Below, piece by piece: positions 51,300 to 62,370 of a DNA stretch of 64,000 nucleotides; positions within the stretch are counted from its first letter, which is position 1; every line of letters starts with the position of its first letter. The DNA comes from Escherichia coli (GTDB lineage Bacteria > Pseudomonadota > Gammaproteobacteria > Enterobacterales > Enterobacteriaceae): the NCBI RefSeq assembly GCF_013315695.1, contig NZ_CP054356.1; one strand, given 5' to 3'. The notes under the pieces are model-generated. The model had not been told where the DNA came from and searched no databases. It saw nothing but the letters and a program-made list of their open reading frames with translations. Position numbers and translations under genes: made by a program.

Positions 51300-53525
51300 A
51301 TGAGTTTTAACGCAAAGGATATGACCCAGGGCGGTCAGATTGCGTCCATGCGTATCCGCATGTTCAGCCAGATCGCCAATATCATGCTTTACTGCCTGTT
51401 TATTTTTTTCTGGATACTCGTTGGTCTGATTTTATGGGTAAAAATAAGCTGGCAGACGTTTGTGAACGGCTGTATTTACTGGTGGTGTACCACGCTGGAA
51501 GGCATGCGGGATTTAATCAAGTCCCAGCCAGTATATGAGATCCAGTATTACGGCAAAACCTTCCGGATGAACGCTGCCCAGGTACTGCATGATAAATATA
51601 TGATCTGGTGCGGAGAGCAGCTATGGTCCGCATTCGTTCTGGCCACAGTTGTGGCACTGGTTATTTGCCTGATCACCTTCTTTGTTGTCTCCTGGATTCT
51701 GGGGCGTCAGGGTAAACAACAGAGCGAAAATGAAGTCACAGGTGGTCGTCAGCTGACAGACAATCCGAAAGACGTTGCCCGGATGCTGAAAAAAGACGGC
51801 AAGGACTCCGATATCCGGATTGGCGACCTGCCGATTATCCGGGATTCCGAAATCCAGAACTTCTGTCTGCACGGCACGGTCGGGGCCGGTAAGTCGGAGG
51901 TTATCCGTCGTCTGGCCAACTATGCCCGTCAGCGCGGTGATATGGTGGTGATTTATGACCGTTCAGGGGAATTTGTTAAAAGTTACTATGATCCCTCCAT
52001 CGATAAAATCCTGAATCCGCTGGATGCCCGCTGTGCCGCATGGGATTTGTGGAAGGAGTGCCTGACACAGCCGGATTTTGATAATACCGCAAATACTCTG
52101 ATCCCTATGGGTACAAAAGAGGACCCGTTCTGGCAGGGTTCAGGACGTACCATTTTTGCGGAAGCGGCGTACCTGATGCGTAATGACCCCAACCGCAGCT
52201 ACAGCAAACTGGTGGACACACTGCTTTCCATCAAAATTGAAAAACTGCGTACCTTCCTGCGTAATTCACCGGCAGCCAACCTGGTGGAAGAGAAAATTGA
52301 GAAAACGGCGATTTCCATCCGTGCTGTGCTGACCAACTACGTGAAAGCCATCCGTTACCTGCAGGGGATTGAGCATAACGGTGATCCCTTCACCATCCGT
52401 GACTGGATGCGTGGTGTCCGGGAAGATCAGAAAAACGGCTGGCTGTTTATTTCGTCGAACGCCGACACCCATGCCTCCCTGAAGCCTGTGATCTCCATGT
52501 GGCTGTCCATTGCCATTCGTGGTCTGCTGGCAATGGGAGAAAACCGTAACCGTCGTGTGTGGTTTTTCTGTGATGAGTTACCCACGTTACACAAACTGCC
52601 GGATCTGGTGGAGATCCTGCCGGAAGCCCGTAAGTTCGGTGGCTGTTATGTGTTTGGTATCCAGTCCTATGCCCAGCTGGAAGATATCTACGGTGAGAAA
52701 GCGGCGGCCACGCTGTTTGACGTCATGAACACCCGTGCTTTTTTCCGTTCCCCGAGCCATAAGATTGCAGAGTTCGCTGCCGGTGAGATTGGTGAGAAAG
52801 AGCACCTGAAAGCCAGCGAGCAGTATTCCTACGGTGCTGACCCGGTACGTGACGGGGTATCGACCGGTAAGGATATGGAGCGTCAGACGCTGGTCAGTTA
52901 TTCCGACATTCAGTCTCTGCCGGATCTGACCTGCTATGTCACTCTGCCCGGACCGTATCCGGCAGTCAAACTCTCTCTGAAATATCAGGCACGACCGAAG
53001 GTCGCTCCGGAGTTTATTCCGCGTGACATCAACCCGGAAATGGAGAACCGTCTGAGTGCCGTACTTGCCGCAAGGGAAGCAGAAGGTCGTCAGATGGCCA
53101 GCCTCTTTGAACCGGAGGTTGCCTCCGGAGAAGATGTGACTCAGGCTGAACAGCCACAACAGCCACAACAGCCACAACAGCCACAACAGCCACAACAGCC
53201 ACAACAGCCACAACAGCCACAACAGCCACAACAGCCACAACAGCCAGTGTCTTCTGTCATCAATGATAAGAAGTCAGATGCAGGTGTGAGTGTTCCGGCA
53301 GGGGGGATCGAGCAGGAGCTGAAAATGAAACCGGAAGAAGAGATGGAACAGCAACTGCCACCCGGGATCAGTGAATCCGGTGAAGTGGTGGATATGGCCG
53401 CTTATGAGGCATGGCAACAGGAAAATCATCCGGACATCCAGCAGCATATGCAGCGTCGTGAAGAGGTGAACATTAATGTGCACCGGGAGCGCGGGGAGGA
53501 TGTTGAGCCGGGAGATGATTTCTGA
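51300..53525 (+). CDS. traD: Type IV coupling protein TraD
   Basis: 741 aa; Walker A GTVGAGKS; C-terminal QPQ repeats. Confidence 0.95.
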   Translation: MSFNAKDMTQGGQIASMRIRMFSQIANIMLYCLFIFFWILVGLILWVKISWQTFVNGCIYWWCTTLEGMRDLIKSQPVYEIQYYGKTFRMNAAQVLHDKYMIWCGEQLWSAFVLATVVALVICLITFFVVSWILGRQGKQQSENEVTGGRQLTDNPKDVARMLKKDGKDSDIRIGDLPIIRDSEIQNFCLHGTVGAGKSEVIRRLANYARQRGDMVVIYDRSGEFVKSYYDPSIDKILNPLDARCAAWDLWKECLTQPDFDNTANTLIPMGTKEDPFWQGSGRTIFAEAAYLMRNDPNRSYSKLVDTLLSIKIEKLRTFLRNSPAANLVEEKIEKTAISIRAVLTNYVKAIRYLQGIEHNGDPFTIRDWMRGVREDQKNGWLFISSNADTHASLKPVISMWLSIAIRGLLAMGENRNRRVWFFCDELPTLHKLPDLVEILPEARKFGGCYVFGIQSYAQLEDIYGEKAAATLFDVMNTRAFFRSPSHKIAEFAAGEIGEKEHLKASEQYSYGADPVRDGVSTGKDMERQTLVSYSDIQSLPDLTCYVTLPGPYPAVKLSLKYQARPKVAPEFIPRDINPEMENRLSAVLAAREAEGRQMASLFEPEVASGEDVTQAEQPQQPQQPQQPQQPQQPQQPQQPQQPQQPQQPVSSVINDKKSDAGVSVPAGGIEQELKMKPEEEMEQQLPPGISESGEVVDMAAYEAWQQENHPDIQQHMQRREEVNINVHRERGEDVEPGDDF
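53151..53246 (+). repeat. Tandem 9-bp repeat (CAGCCACAA)x10 encoding (QPQ)n in TraD C-terminal tail
   Basis: Ten perfect tandem units visible at 53151-53240. Confidence 0.9.
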
Positions 53526-56500
53526 TGTTGAGTTTCAGCGTTGTTAAATCGGCAGGCAGTGCCGGAAACTATTACACCGACAAGGATAATTACTATGTGC
53601 TGGGCAGCATGGGAGAACGCTGGGCTGGTCAGGGGGCTGAACAGCTTGGGCTGCAGGGCAGCGTCGATAAGGATGTTTTTACCCGTCTTCTGGAGGGCAG
53701 GCTGCCGGACGGGGCGGATTTAAGCCGCATGCAGGATGGCAGTAATAAGCATCGTCCCGGCTACGACCTGACCTTCTCCGCCCCCAAAAGTGTCTCCATG
53801 ATGGCCATGCTCGGGGGGGATAAACGTCTTATTGATGCACATAACCAGGCCGTGGATTTTGCTGTCCGTCAGGTGGAGGCGCTGGCTTCCACACGGGTGA
53901 TGACGGACGGACAGTCAGAAACGGTGCTGACCGGTAATCTGGTGATGGCACTGTTTAACCATGACACCAGTCGCGATCAGGACCCACAGTTACACACGCA
54001 TGTAGTGGTGGCTAATGTCACGCAGCATAACGGCGAGTGGAAGACACTGAGCAGTGACAAAGTGGGGAAAACCGGATTTTCCGAGAACGTGCTAGCGAAC
54101 CGGATTGCGTTCGGGAAAATATATCAGAGTGAGTTACGTCAGCGCGTTGAGGCGCTGGGTTATGAAACCGAAGTGGTCGGTAAGCACGGTATGTGGGAGA
54201 TGCCGGGCGTACCGGTGGAGGCCTTTTCCAGTCGTTCACAGGCTATCAGGGAGGCCGTCGGTGAAGACGCCTCGCTGAAATCCCGGGATGTGGCGGCACT
54301 GGATACGCGAAAATCCAAACAGCACGTCGATCCGGAAATCAGAATGGCTGAATGGATGCAGACGCTGAAGGAAACCGGGTTCGACATCCGGGCATATCGT
54401 GACGCGGCGGATCAGCGTGCGGAGATCCGCACGCAGGCGCCCGGGCCTGCTTCACAGGACGGGCCGGATGTGCAGCAGGCGGTGACACAGGCGATTGCCG
54501 GATTAAGTGAACGAAAAGTGCAGTTCACGTATACGGACGTGCTGGCCAGGACGGTCGGCATACTGCCGCCGGAAAATGGTGTGATTGAACGGGCACGCGC
54601 CGGTATCGATGAGGCCATCAGCCGTGAGCAGCTTATCCCCCTCGACCGTGAGAAGGGGCTGTTCACATCAGGAATTCATGTGCTCGATGAGCTGTCCGTC
54701 CGGGCACTCAGTCGTGACATCATGAAACAGAACCGGGTGACCGTACATCCGGAGAAAAGTGTCCCCCGGACGGCTGGTTACAGCGATGCGGTCAGTGTTC
54801 TGGCACAGGACCGTCCGTCGCTGGCCATTGTGTCCGGGCAGGGCGGTGCAGCCGGGCAGCGTGAGCGGGTGGCTGAACTGGTCATGATGGCCCGGGAGCA
54901 GGGGCGGGAGGTGCAGATTATCGCTGCTGACCGTCGCTCGCAGATGAACCTGAAGCAGGATGAACGGCTGTCCGGTGAGCTGATAACCGGACGTCGTCAG
55001 CTGCAGGAGGGCATGGTCTTCACGCCGGGCAGTACTGTTATCGTCGACCAGGGCGAAAAACTCTCCCTGAAAGAGACGTTAACCCTGCTGGACGGTGCCG
55101 CACGTCATAACGTACAGGTCCTGATAACCGACAGCGGGCAGCGAACCGGTACAGGCAGTGCGCTGATGGCCATGAAGGATACCGGGGTGAACACGTATCG
55201 CTGGCAGGGCGGAGAACAGCGACCGGCAACCATCATCAGTGAACCGGACCGGAATGTCCGCTATGACCGGCTGGCCGGAGATTTTGCGGCCAGCGTGAAA
55301 GCCGGAGAAGAGAGCGTGGCACAGGTCAGCGGGGTACGGGAACAGGCCATACTGACACAGGCCATTCGCAGTGAGCTGAAAACACAGGGCGTGCTCGGAC
55401 ACCCGGAGGTGACCATGACCGCCCTGTCACCGGTCTGGCTGGACAGCCGGAGCCGTTATCTGCGGGATATGTACCGACCGGGGATGGTGATGGAGCAGTG
55501 GAACCCGGAGACACGCAGTCATGACCGCTATGTTATCGACCGGGTGACGGCGCAGAGTCACAGCCTGACCCTGCGGGATGCGCAGGGCGAAACGCAGGTG
55601 GTGCGTATTTCCTCCCTGGACAGCAGCTGGTCGCTGTTCCGGCCGGAAAAAATGCCGGTGGCAGACGGCGAGCGACTGAGGGTGACAGGGAAAATTCCCG
55701 GACTCCGCGTCTCCGGCGGTGACCGCCTGCAGGTGGCATCCGTCAGTGAAGATGCGATGACGGTTGTTGTGCCGGGGCGGGCTGAACCGGCCACCCTGCC
55801 TGTGGCTGATTCACCGTTCACGGCACTGAAGCTGGAGAACGGCTGGGTGGAAACGCCCGGGCATTCCGTCAGTGACAGTGCGACGGTGTTTGCCTCCGTC
55901 ACACAGATGGCAATGGACAACGCCACCCTGAACGGTCTGGCCCGCAGCGGTCGTGATGTCCGGCTGTATTCCTCACTGGATGAAACCCGTACTGCGGAAA
56001 AACTTGCCCGCCATCCCTCCTTTACGGTGGTTTCTGAGCAGATAAAGGCGCGGGCCGGTGAGACATCGCTGGAAACCGCTATCAGTCTGCAGAAAACCGG
56101 GCTGCACACGCCGGCACAGCAGGCCATTCATCTGGCCCTTCCTGTGCTGGAAAGTAAAAACCTGGCCTTCAGCATGGTGGACCTGCTGACAGAGGCGAAG
56201 TCGTTTGCTGCAGAAGGAACCGGTTTTACTGAACTGGGAGGGGAAATCAATGCGCAGATAAAACGCGGTGACTTACTGTATGTGGATGTGGCAAAAGGCT
56301 ATGGCACAGGCCTGCTGGTTTCCCGTGCGTCGTATGAGGCAGAAAAAAGTATTCTTCGCCATATTCTCGAAGGTAAGGAGGCGGTCACGCCGCTGATGGA
56401 GAGAGTACCCGGCGAACTCATGGAGACGTTAACGTCGGGACAGCGTGCCGCCACCCGTATGATACTGGAAACGTCCGACCGTTTCACGGTGGTACAGGGT

Positions 56501-58795
56501 TATGCCGGTGTGGGTAAGACCACACAGTTCCGGGCGGTGATGTCAGCCGTGAACATGCTGCCGGCGAGTGAGCGTCCCCGAGTTGTGGGGCTGGGGCCCA
56601 CGCACCGTGCGGTCGGTGAGATGCGCAGCGCCGGCGTGGATGCACAGACGCTGGCGTCCTTTCTGCATGACACGCAGCTGCAGCAGCGCAGCGGAGAAAC
56701 GCCGGATTTCAGCAACACGCTGTTCCTGCTCGATGAGAGCTCAATGGTGGGCAATACCGACATGGCACGGGCATACGCCCTGATTGCGGCCGGTGGCGGT
56801 CGTGCCGTGGCCAGTGGTGACACGGACCAGCTGCAGGCCATCGCGCCCGGTCAGCCTTTCCGTCTCCAGCAGACGCGCAGTGCTGCCGATGTGGTCATCA
56901 TGAAGGAGATTGTGCGTCAGACGCCGGAACTGCGGGAGGCGGTATACAGCCTGATTAACCGGGATGTGGAAAGGGCACTGTCCGGGCTTGAGAGTGTGAA
57001 ACCGTCTCAGGTTCCCCGTCAGGAGGGCGCATGGGCACCGGAGCACTCCGTGACGGAGTTCAGTCACAGCCAGGAAGCGAAACTGGCAGAAGCGCAGCAG
57101 AAGGCGATGCTGAAAGGTGAGACTTTTCCGGATGTCCCCATGACACTGTATGAAGCCATTGTCCGCGACTATACCGGCAGGACACCGGAAGCACGGGAGC
57201 AGACGCTGATTGTCACGCACCTGAATGAGGACCGGCGCGTACTGAACAGCATGATTCATGATGCACGGGAAAAGGCCGGTGAGCTGGGGAAAGAGCAGGT
57301 CATGGTGCCTGTCCTGAACACAGCGAATATACGTGACGGGGAGCTGCGTCGTCTCTCCACCTGGGAGAATAACCCGGATGCCCTTGCCCTGGTGGATAGT
57401 GTGTATCACCGGATTGCCGGTATCAGCAAGGATGACGGGCTGATAACCCTGGAGGATGCGGAAGGTAACACGCGGCTGATTTCGCCCCGGGAGGCGGTGG
57501 CTGAAGGTGTCACACTGTACACCCCGGACAAAATCCGGGTGGGGACCGGCGACCGGATGCGCTTCACGAAGAGTGACCGGGAGCGCGGTTATGTGGCCAA
57601 CAGCGTCTGGACGGTGACAGCGGTTTCCGGTGACAGTGTCACGCTGTCAGACGGACAGCAGACCCGGGTGATTCGCCCCGGCCAGGAGCGGGCAGAGCAA
57701 CATATTGACCTGGCTTATGCCATCACCGCCCACGGTGCGCAGGGGGCGAGTGAAACCTTTGCCATCGCGCTTGAAGGCACGGAAGGTAACCGGAAACTGA
57801 TGGCCGGCTTTGAGTCAGCCTACGTGGCCCTGTCGCGTATGAAGCAGCATGTGCAGGTGTACACCGATAACCGTCAGGGCTGGACGGATGCCATTAACAA
57901 TGCCGTACAGAAAGGAACTGCCCACGATGTGCTGGAGCCGAAACCGGACCGGGAGGTCATGAATGCGCAGCGGCTGTTCAGTACGGCACGGGAACTGCGG
58001 GACGTGGCGGCAGGCCGTGCCGTTCTCCGTCAGGCAGGGCTGGCCGGGGGAGACAGCCCTGCACGGTTTATTGCACCGGGACGTAAATATCCGCAGCCGT
58101 ATGTGGCACTGCCGGCGTTTGACCGTAACGGCAAGTCAGCTGGTATCTGGCTGAACCCACTGACCACGGATGACGGAAACGGGCTGCGGGGATTCAGTGG
58201 TGAAGGACGGGTGAAAGGCAGCGGGGATGCGCAGTTCGTGGCCCTGCAGGGCAGCCGTAACGGAGAGAGCCTGCTGGCTGATAATATGCAGGATGGCGTC
58301 CGGATTGCCCGTGATAATCCTGACAGCGGTGTGGTGGTGAGAATTGCCGGTGAAGGTCGTCCGTGGAATCCCGGTGCCATCACCGGTGGCCGCGTGTGGG
58401 GGGATATCCCGGATAACAGCGTCCAGCCGGGGGCCGGAAATGGCGAACCGGTCACGGCAGAGGTACTGGCACAGCGGCAGGCTGAAGAGGCCATCCGCCG
58501 TGAAACGGAACGCCGCGCAGATGAAATTGTCAGGAAAATGGCAGAGAACAAACCTGACCTGCCGGATGGCAAAACAGAGCTGGCTGTCAGGGATATTGCC
58601 GGACAGGAGCGTGACCGGTCTGCCATATCTGAACGGGAAACCGCACTGCCGGAGAGTGTGCTGCGTGAATCACAACGGGAGCGGGAAGCGGTCCGGGAGG
58701 TTGCCCGGGAAAATCTGCTGCAGGAGCGTCTGCAGCAGATGGAGCGGGATATGGTTCGTGACCTGCAGAAAGAGAAAACCCTGGGCGGAGACTGA
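53525..58795 (+). CDS. traI: Relaxase/helicase TraI
   Basis: 1756 aa; N-terminal relaxase (..SAGSAGNYYTDKDNYYVLGS.. HTHVVVANV), helicase Walker A GYAGVGKT; matches recalled F TraI. Confidence 0.97.
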   Translation: MLSFSVVKSAGSAGNYYTDKDNYYVLGSMGERWAGQGAEQLGLQGSVDKDVFTRLLEGRLPDGADLSRMQDGSNKHRPGYDLTFSAPKSVSMMAMLGGDKRLIDAHNQAVDFAVRQVEALASTRVMTDGQSETVLTGNLVMALFNHDTSRDQDPQLHTHVVVANVTQHNGEWKTLSSDKVGKTGFSENVLANRIAFGKIYQSELRQRVEALGYETEVVGKHGMWEMPGVPVEAFSSRSQAIREAVGEDASLKSRDVAALDTRKSKQHVDPEIRMAEWMQTLKETGFDIRAYRDAADQRAEIRTQAPGPASQDGPDVQQAVTQAIAGLSERKVQFTYTDVLARTVGILPPENGVIERARAGIDEAISREQLIPLDREKGLFTSGIHVLDELSVRALSRDIMKQNRVTVHPEKSVPRTAGYSDAVSVLAQDRPSLAIVSGQGGAAGQRERVAELVMMAREQGREVQIIAADRRSQMNLKQDERLSGELITGRRQLQEGMVFTPGSTVIVDQGEKLSLKETLTLLDGAARHNVQVLITDSGQRTGTGSALMAMKDTGVNTYRWQGGEQRPATIISEPDRNVRYDRLAGDFAASVKAGEESVAQVSGVREQAILTQAIRSELKTQGVLGHPEVTMTALSPVWLDSRSRYLRDMYRPGMVMEQWNPETRSHDRYVIDRVTAQSHSLTLRDAQGETQVVRISSLDSSWSLFRPEKMPVADGERLRVTGKIPGLRVSGGDRLQVASVSEDAMTVVVPGRAEPATLPVADSPFTALKLENGWVETPGHSVSDSATVFASVTQMAMDNATLNGLARSGRDVRLYSSLDETRTAEKLARHPSFTVVSEQIKARAGETSLETAISLQKTGLHTPAQQAIHLALPVLESKNLAFSMVDLLTEAKSFAAEGTGFTELGGEINAQIKRGDLLYVDVAKGYGTGLLVSRASYEAEKSILRHILEGKEAVTPLMERVPGELMETLTSGQRAATRMILETSDRFTVVQGYAGVGKTTQFRAVMSAVNMLPASERPRVVGLGPTHRAVGEMRSAGVDAQTLASFLHDTQLQQRSGETPDFSNTLFLLDESSMVGNTDMARAYALIAAGGGRAVASGDTDQLQAIAPGQPFRLQQTRSAADVVIMKEIVRQTPELREAVYSLINRDVERALSGLESVKPSQVPRQEGAWAPEHSVTEFSHSQEAKLAEAQQKAMLKGETFPDVPMTLYEAIVRDYTGRTPEAREQTLIVTHLNEDRRVLNSMIHDAREKAGELGKEQVMVPVLNTANIRDGELRRLSTWENNPDALALVDSVYHRIAGISKDDGLITLEDAEGNTRLISPREAVAEGVTLYTPDKIRVGTGDRMRFTKSDRERGYVANSVWTVTAVSGDSVTLSDGQQTRVIRPGQERAEQHIDLAYAITAHGAQGASETFAIALEGTEGNRKLMAGFESAYVALSRMKQHVQVYTDNRQGWTDAINNAVQKGTAHDVLEPKPDREVMNAQRLFSTARELRDVAAGRAVLRQAGLAGGDSPARFIAPGRKYPQPYVALPAFDRNGKSAGIWLNPLTTDDGNGLRGFSGEGRVKGSGDAQFVALQGSRNGESLLADNMQDGVRIARDNPDSGVVVRIAGEGRPWNPGAITGGRVWGDIPDNSVQPGAGNGEPVTAEVLAQRQAEEAIRRETERRADEIVRKMAENKPDLPDGKTELAVRDIAGQERDRSAISERETALPESVLRESQREREAVREVARENLLQERLQQMERDMVRDLQKEKTLGGD

Positions 58796-58814
58796 TACAG
58801 GAAGACAAACACTG

Positions 58815-59561
58815 ATGACAACGGATAACACGAACACGACACGTAACGATTCACTGGCTGCACGGACCGATACCTGGTTGCAGTCGTTTCTGGTCTGGTC
58901 ACCCGGACAGCGGGATATCATCAAAACGGTGGCGCTGGTGCTGATGGTACTGGACCACATCAATCTGATATTCCAGCTGAAGCAGGAATGGATGTTTCTG
59001 GCCGGGCGAGGAGCCTTTCCGCTGTTTGCCCTGGTGTGGGGGCTGAATCTGTCCCGTCATGCGCATATCCGGCAACCGGCCATTAACCGGCTGTGGGGAT
59101 GGGGAATTATTGCCCAGTTCGCATATTATCTGGCCGGCTTTCCCTGGTATGAGGGGAATATCCTGTTTGCCTTTGCAGTGGCGGCACAGGTGCTGACGTG
59201 GTGTGAAACGCGCAGTGGGTGGCGTACAGCAGCGGCCATTCTTCTGATGGCCCTGTGGGGGCCTTTGTCCGGCACCAGTTACGGCATTGCCGGGCTGCTG
59301 ATGCTGGCGGTCAGTTACCGACTGTACCGGGCGGAAGACAGAGCGGAACGTCTGGCGCTGGTCGCCTGCCTGCTGGCTGTTATTCCGGCGCTTAACCTTG
59401 CCACCAGTGATGCAGCGGCGGTGGCTGGTCTTGTGATGACGGTGCTGACCGTTGGTCTGGTGTCCTGTGCAGGAAAATCATTACCCCGTTTCTGGCCCGG
59501 GGATTTTTTCCCGGTATTCTACGCCTGTCATCTGGCTGTGCTGGGCGTTCTGGCGCTGTGA
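58815..59561 (+). CDS. traX: Pilin N-acetylase TraX
   Basis: ATG 58815 (MTTDNTNTTRNDSL..), multi-TM protein; track ORF begins upstream inside traI. Confidence 0.85.
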   Translation: MTTDNTNTTRNDSLAARTDTWLQSFLVWSPGQRDIIKTVALVLMVLDHINLIFQLKQEWMFLAGRGAFPLFALVWGLNLSRHAHIRQPAINRLWGWGIIAQFAYYLAGFPWYEGNILFAFAVAAQVLTWCETRSGWRTAAAILLMALWGPLSGTSYGIAGLLMLAVSYRLYRAEDRAERLALVACLLAVIPALNLATSDAAAVAGLVMTVLTVGLVSCAGKSLPRFWPGDFFPVFYACHLAVLGVLAL

Positions 59562-59615
59562 CGGGTGTGGTATCTTTGACCGTAACAGGATGATTCGTCA
59601 GAGGCAGAACACAGC

Positions 59616-60173
59616 ATGACAGAGCAGAAGCGACCGGTACTGACACTGAAGCGGAAAACGGAAGGGGAGACGCCTGTCCGCAGGCGGAAAACCATCATCA
59701 ATGTCACCACGCCACCAAAGTGGAAGGTGAAAAAGCAGAAGCTGGCCGAGAAAGCAGCCCGGGAAGCGGAGCTGGCGGCAAAAAAAGCGCAGGCCAGACA
59801 GGCGCTGTCCATTTATCTGACGCTGCCCTCGCTGGATGAGGCGGTGAACACTCTGAAACCCTGGTGGCCGGGATTGTTTGACGGTAACACGCCCAGGCTT
59901 CTTGCCTGTGGTATCCGGGAGGTTTTACTGGATGAGGTGTTTCAGCGGAATATCCCGCTCTCTCATAAAAAACTCAGCCGGGCGCTGAAAGCTATCACCC
60001 GTTCGGAAAGTTATCTGTGTGCAATGAAAGCCGGCGCCTGCCGCTATGATACGGAAGGCTATGTGACAGAACATATCACACAGGAAGAAGAACAGTATGC
60101 GCAGGCGCGCCTGGAAAAGGTGCGCAGACAGAACCGGATCAAGGATGAGCTGCGGGCGATCCTGGCGGAATAA
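59616..60173 (+). CDS. finO: Fertility inhibition RNA chaperone FinO (apparently intact)
   Basis: 185 aa basic protein [59 protein letters not shown].. Confidence 0.92.
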   Translation: MTEQKRPVLTLKRKTEGETPVRRRKTIINVTTPPKWKVKKQKLAEKAAREAELAAKKAQARQALSIYLTLPSLDEAVNTLKPWWPGLFDGNTPRLLACGIREVLLDEVFQRNIPLSHKKLSRALKAITRSESYLCAMKAGACRYDTEGYVTEHITQEEEQYAQARLEKVRRQNRIKDELRAILAE

Positions 60174-60324
60174 AAGAGCCCTCTGTATGACAGAGGGCAA
60201 CAGCGAGAAAAAATCGGGAAAACAGAAATCCAGAGTTTTGATGGAGAAAACACCCAACCGTTCAGGGATGTTTCAGAATGTTTCTGACATAATCCGGGAG
60301 CCGGGTCAAGAGGGGGGATAAAAA

Positions 60325-60528
60325 ATGGCTGTATCCAGTGGATTATCTGAGCACAGCGGTATTTATCGCTATCAGCGCGTGGGGCGTCATGCCGTCCGTC
60401 AGGAGATTCGTGGTTTTTTCAGGGAAGCCGCTGAGGCCTGGCAGAATGCGGCCCGGCTGGCACCCTGTGAAGCATGGCGGGATTTTGCCCTGAAGAGGGC
60501 ATCTGCATGCCGGTGTAAGTGCCGATAA
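60325..60528 (+). CDS. Hypothetical small protein (67 aa)
   Basis: ORF with RBS AGAGGGGGGA; no family assigned. Confidence 0.35.
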   Translation: MAVSSGLSEHSGIYRYQRVGRHAVRQEIRGFFREAAEAWQNAARLAPCEAWRDFALKRASACRCKCR

Positions 60529-61269
60529 AAATAACCCCCGTCGCGGAGCTCCGGGGGATCAGGCTTATATGGCAGATCGTTATTATTATAGTGGTGTAAG
60601 AAGGAGTTGCCCTGTCTTTCAAACGGACATCACAGAGTTAACATATTTCACATCCCGGGTAAGCCAGCAGGGATAAAAAATGTGATGAATTTCAAGAAGC
60701 AGAAGGTGACAGTAGCATGCATAACAGTACGGTTATGTCCGGTGAATCTGACAGACAGCCGGGCTGTATTCGCGGCAGGATAAAGAAAAACCGGGAGATG
60801 ACTCTCCCGGTCCGTCTTATCGCTAATCCCCTGAGCAGGGCATGTATGACTTATCTATGACCGTTATATTCAGCGCCACATCCGGTAGCCTGCGATATAA
60901 CACAGTTATCCTATCAGTAAGAGCAGGTATGATGAATACACGGAGATTAAAAATATAATCTCCGTCACATGTTACCCCCGGAAACCGGTAACGCCGTCAC
61001 GGGAAATACGTGACAGAAAAAGCAGCCTCCGTTACTCCAGGTATCAGAAGGCTGAATAATGCATGAGACTTTGTTTCTTATGTGTCTGGTCAGGCTGGCT
61101 GACCAGCGTTTTTAGTAACACATAGCCATATGTGTATTAAGCCACCTCATCTTATTTTGTCGAATTGATCACAATTCAACGGTTTATTTTTGGCGTGATA
61201 CGTGAGCCGTTATTCATCCCGGCATGGAATTCATGCAATCACGAAAAGTAATCAGTGACGGAGAGTAAA

Positions 61270-61731
61270 ATGAAGAAATATATACCAGTGGTATTATTTG
61301 TTTTTTCATGTCAGGTATTTTCTGCTGATATTCATGGACGGGTTGTGCGTGTTCTGGATGGTGATACCATTGACGTCATGTTATCTCAGCATCCGGTGCG
61401 TGTCCGTCTTGTTAATATTGATGCACCTGAAAAGAAACAGGACTATGGCCGGTGGTCTGAAAAAATAATGAAATCTCTGATTGCGGGAAAAACGGTTACT
61501 GTCACATATTTTCAGCGAGATCGTTATGGTCGTATTCTCGGGCAGGTTTATGCACCAGACGGAATGAATGTTAATCATTTTATGGTCCGTGCAGGCGCTG
61601 CATGGGTTTATGAGCAGTACAACACCGATCCTGTTCTTCCCGTCCTGCAGGGAGAAGCACGACAGCAGAAACGTGGTCTGTGGGCAGACAGCGCTCCTGT
61701 TCCGCCCTGGGTATGGCGCTCACGGAAATAA
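61270..61731 (+). CDS. nuc: Secreted thermonuclease-family (SNase-like) endonuclease
   Basis: Signal peptide MKKYIPVVLFVFSCQVFSA; motifs VRVLDGDTIDV, VRLVNIDAPE, RYGRILGQV, GLW typical of SNase fold. Confidence 0.85.
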   Translation: MKKYIPVVLFVFSCQVFSADIHGRVVRVLDGDTIDVMLSQHPVRVRLVNIDAPEKKQDYGRWSEKIMKSLIAGKTVTVTYFQRDRYGRILGQVYAPDGMNVNHFMVRAGAAWVYEQYNTDPVLPVLQGEARQQKRGLWADSAPVPPWVWRSRK

Positions 61732-61818
61732 TGATATTTCTGTGGCTATTGAGTTCTCATTGAAATGCGATATTTAAAAGCATGAAGCATATTACATTAT
61801 TAACTTATTTCTCTGTTA

Positions 61819-62218
61819 ATGAAAGGTGAACAAATGAACTATCAGGCAGTATCAGAATTAATCACATCGTCTAATCATAATGTTCTTATAGTGTGGGACT
61901 CAGCTTCTGAAGTTGATGGTTTTTTAAATAAACTGAATATCACTGATTATAAGTATTATGATTTCAGCCAGATTTACAGTTGTTCTGACAGAACATTAAA
62001 TGATTATGCGGTTATTTTTTATCAGGGATGCACTGAACGCCAGTGAGCATATTATTATTTTAAATTGTACAGGATGGCCTGATTTGAATAATGAATCTGC
62101 CGTCATGCAGTTTGCCAGAGTGGCACGAAAATCAGGAAAACAACTGATAGTCGCAGTAAGAGAACAGGATATGAAAAAAATGGAAGCAGAGTCTGGAAGG
62201 ATCATAAAAATCCACTGA
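61819..62218 (+). pseudogene. Frameshifted paralog of ORF 62371-62808 (two overlapping ORF fragments 61819-62046 and 62000-62218)
   Basis: Fragment 1 aligns to N-terminal half and fragment 2 to C-terminal half of the intact paralog (..SEHIIILNCTGWPDLNNESAVMQFARVARKSGKQLIVAV..); frame change near T-run around 62020. Confidence 0.6.
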
Positions 62219-62370
62219 CGCCTTCGCGTTGCTCAGTTGTCCAACCCCGGGGACGGGAAAAAGCAAGTTTTCCCCGTCCCCGGCGTTTCTGAATAAAAAC
62301 CGGGAAATGGTGGCACAGGGGGAAAGCCGGAACCACCTGTATCCAGATTTTATCTCATAATGGTGAATAT

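Noticed and set aside
53029-53240. TraD CAGCCACAA tandem repeat as a possible CRISPR-like array, and minus-strand ORFs across it
   Set aside because: Units are contiguous with no spacers and are in-frame coding sequence of traD.
53155-53240. Possible programmed frameshift or phase variation at the traD repeat
   Set aside because: The repeat unit is 9 bp, so slippage keeps the frame; nothing indicates on/off switching.
60187-60321. Small ORF (about 44 aa, MTEGNSEKKSGKQKSRVL..) beginning inside the finO terminator hairpin
   Set aside because: Start codon lies within the terminator stem and there is no clear RBS; left unannotated.
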